The position numbers and the translations under genes were made by a program. From Candidatus Babelota bacterium (GTDB taxonomy: Bacteria; Babelota; Babeliae; Babelales; Chromulinivoraceae), in NCBI GenBank assembly GCA_026389025.1, contig JAPLIQ010000022.1, positions 1,946 through 65,945 on the forward strand: a stretch of 64,000 bases of DNA. Reading direction: 5' to 3'. The notes under the pieces were generated by a model, which was not told the origin of the DNA, ran no database searches, and saw only the letters and a list, made by a program, of their open reading frames with translations. Each line of letters opens with the position of its first letter. Within the stretch, counting starts at the first letter, position 1. This document shows, one piece after another, positions 63,969 to 64,000 of the stretch.

Positions 63969-64000
63969 GTTTAGGTTCTCCGTCAGGTGAAATTTTTGCA

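Noticed and set aside
1-64000. tRNA, rRNA, prophage, toxin-antitoxin or known defence-system genes
   Set aside because: The intergenic gaps are short, and those longer than 150 nt were read on both strands without finding cloverleaf-compatible sequence. No ORF showed nuclease/ATPase/methylase combinations or phage structural signatures. A tRNAscan, Rfam and defence-finder run is still advisable, because visual scanning of 64 kb is fallible.

Overview
This is a low-GC, gene-dense bacterial chromosome segment with no rRNA, tRNA, CRISPR, transposase or integrase that I could see. Housekeeping genes dominate. They include cell envelope and division genes (murB, lspA, alr, ftsQ-like/ftsA/ftsZ/pgeF, mreB, class A PBP, murG, uppS, an M23 peptidase and a PASTA protein). 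Translation and RNA genes are pheT, rpmG, trhO, rlmB-like, rsmA and RNase P RNA; rpmG and RNase P RNA are absent from the ORF track. Also present are secA, sbcD, a Chlamydia-ytgABCD-like metal ABC operon, cysK, a folC-like gene and an atpI-like/atpB/atpE cluster. Between these lie many signal-peptide ORFans (MKK... N-termini), a secreted pentapeptide-repeat protein and two ~1000-aa secreted paralogs with HEAT-like C-terminal repeats. This mix suggests a host-associated (amoeba-symbiont-like, possibly Dependentiae-like) lineage, but I cannot establish that without a database search. The most notable observations are: (1) the Fo c subunit is a single 315-aa fusion of four hairpins, one lacking the carboxylate, and no F1 or stator genes follow it; (2) three tandem cassettes between comF and alr share near-identical flanks (terminator, alr 3' pseudo-remnant, promoter, leader, signal peptide) but carry unrelated mature proteins; (3) a ~3.4-kb tandem duplication anchored in the rsmA 3' end created the two large paralogs and shows the same pattern of conserved flank and divergent cargo; (4) a metal-ABC permease is fused to a DtxR-type winged helix, as in YtgCR; (5) the third PASTA domain of a stand-alone PASTA protein is cut off by a 1-nt frameshift in a homopolymer. 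All identity estimates were made by eye.
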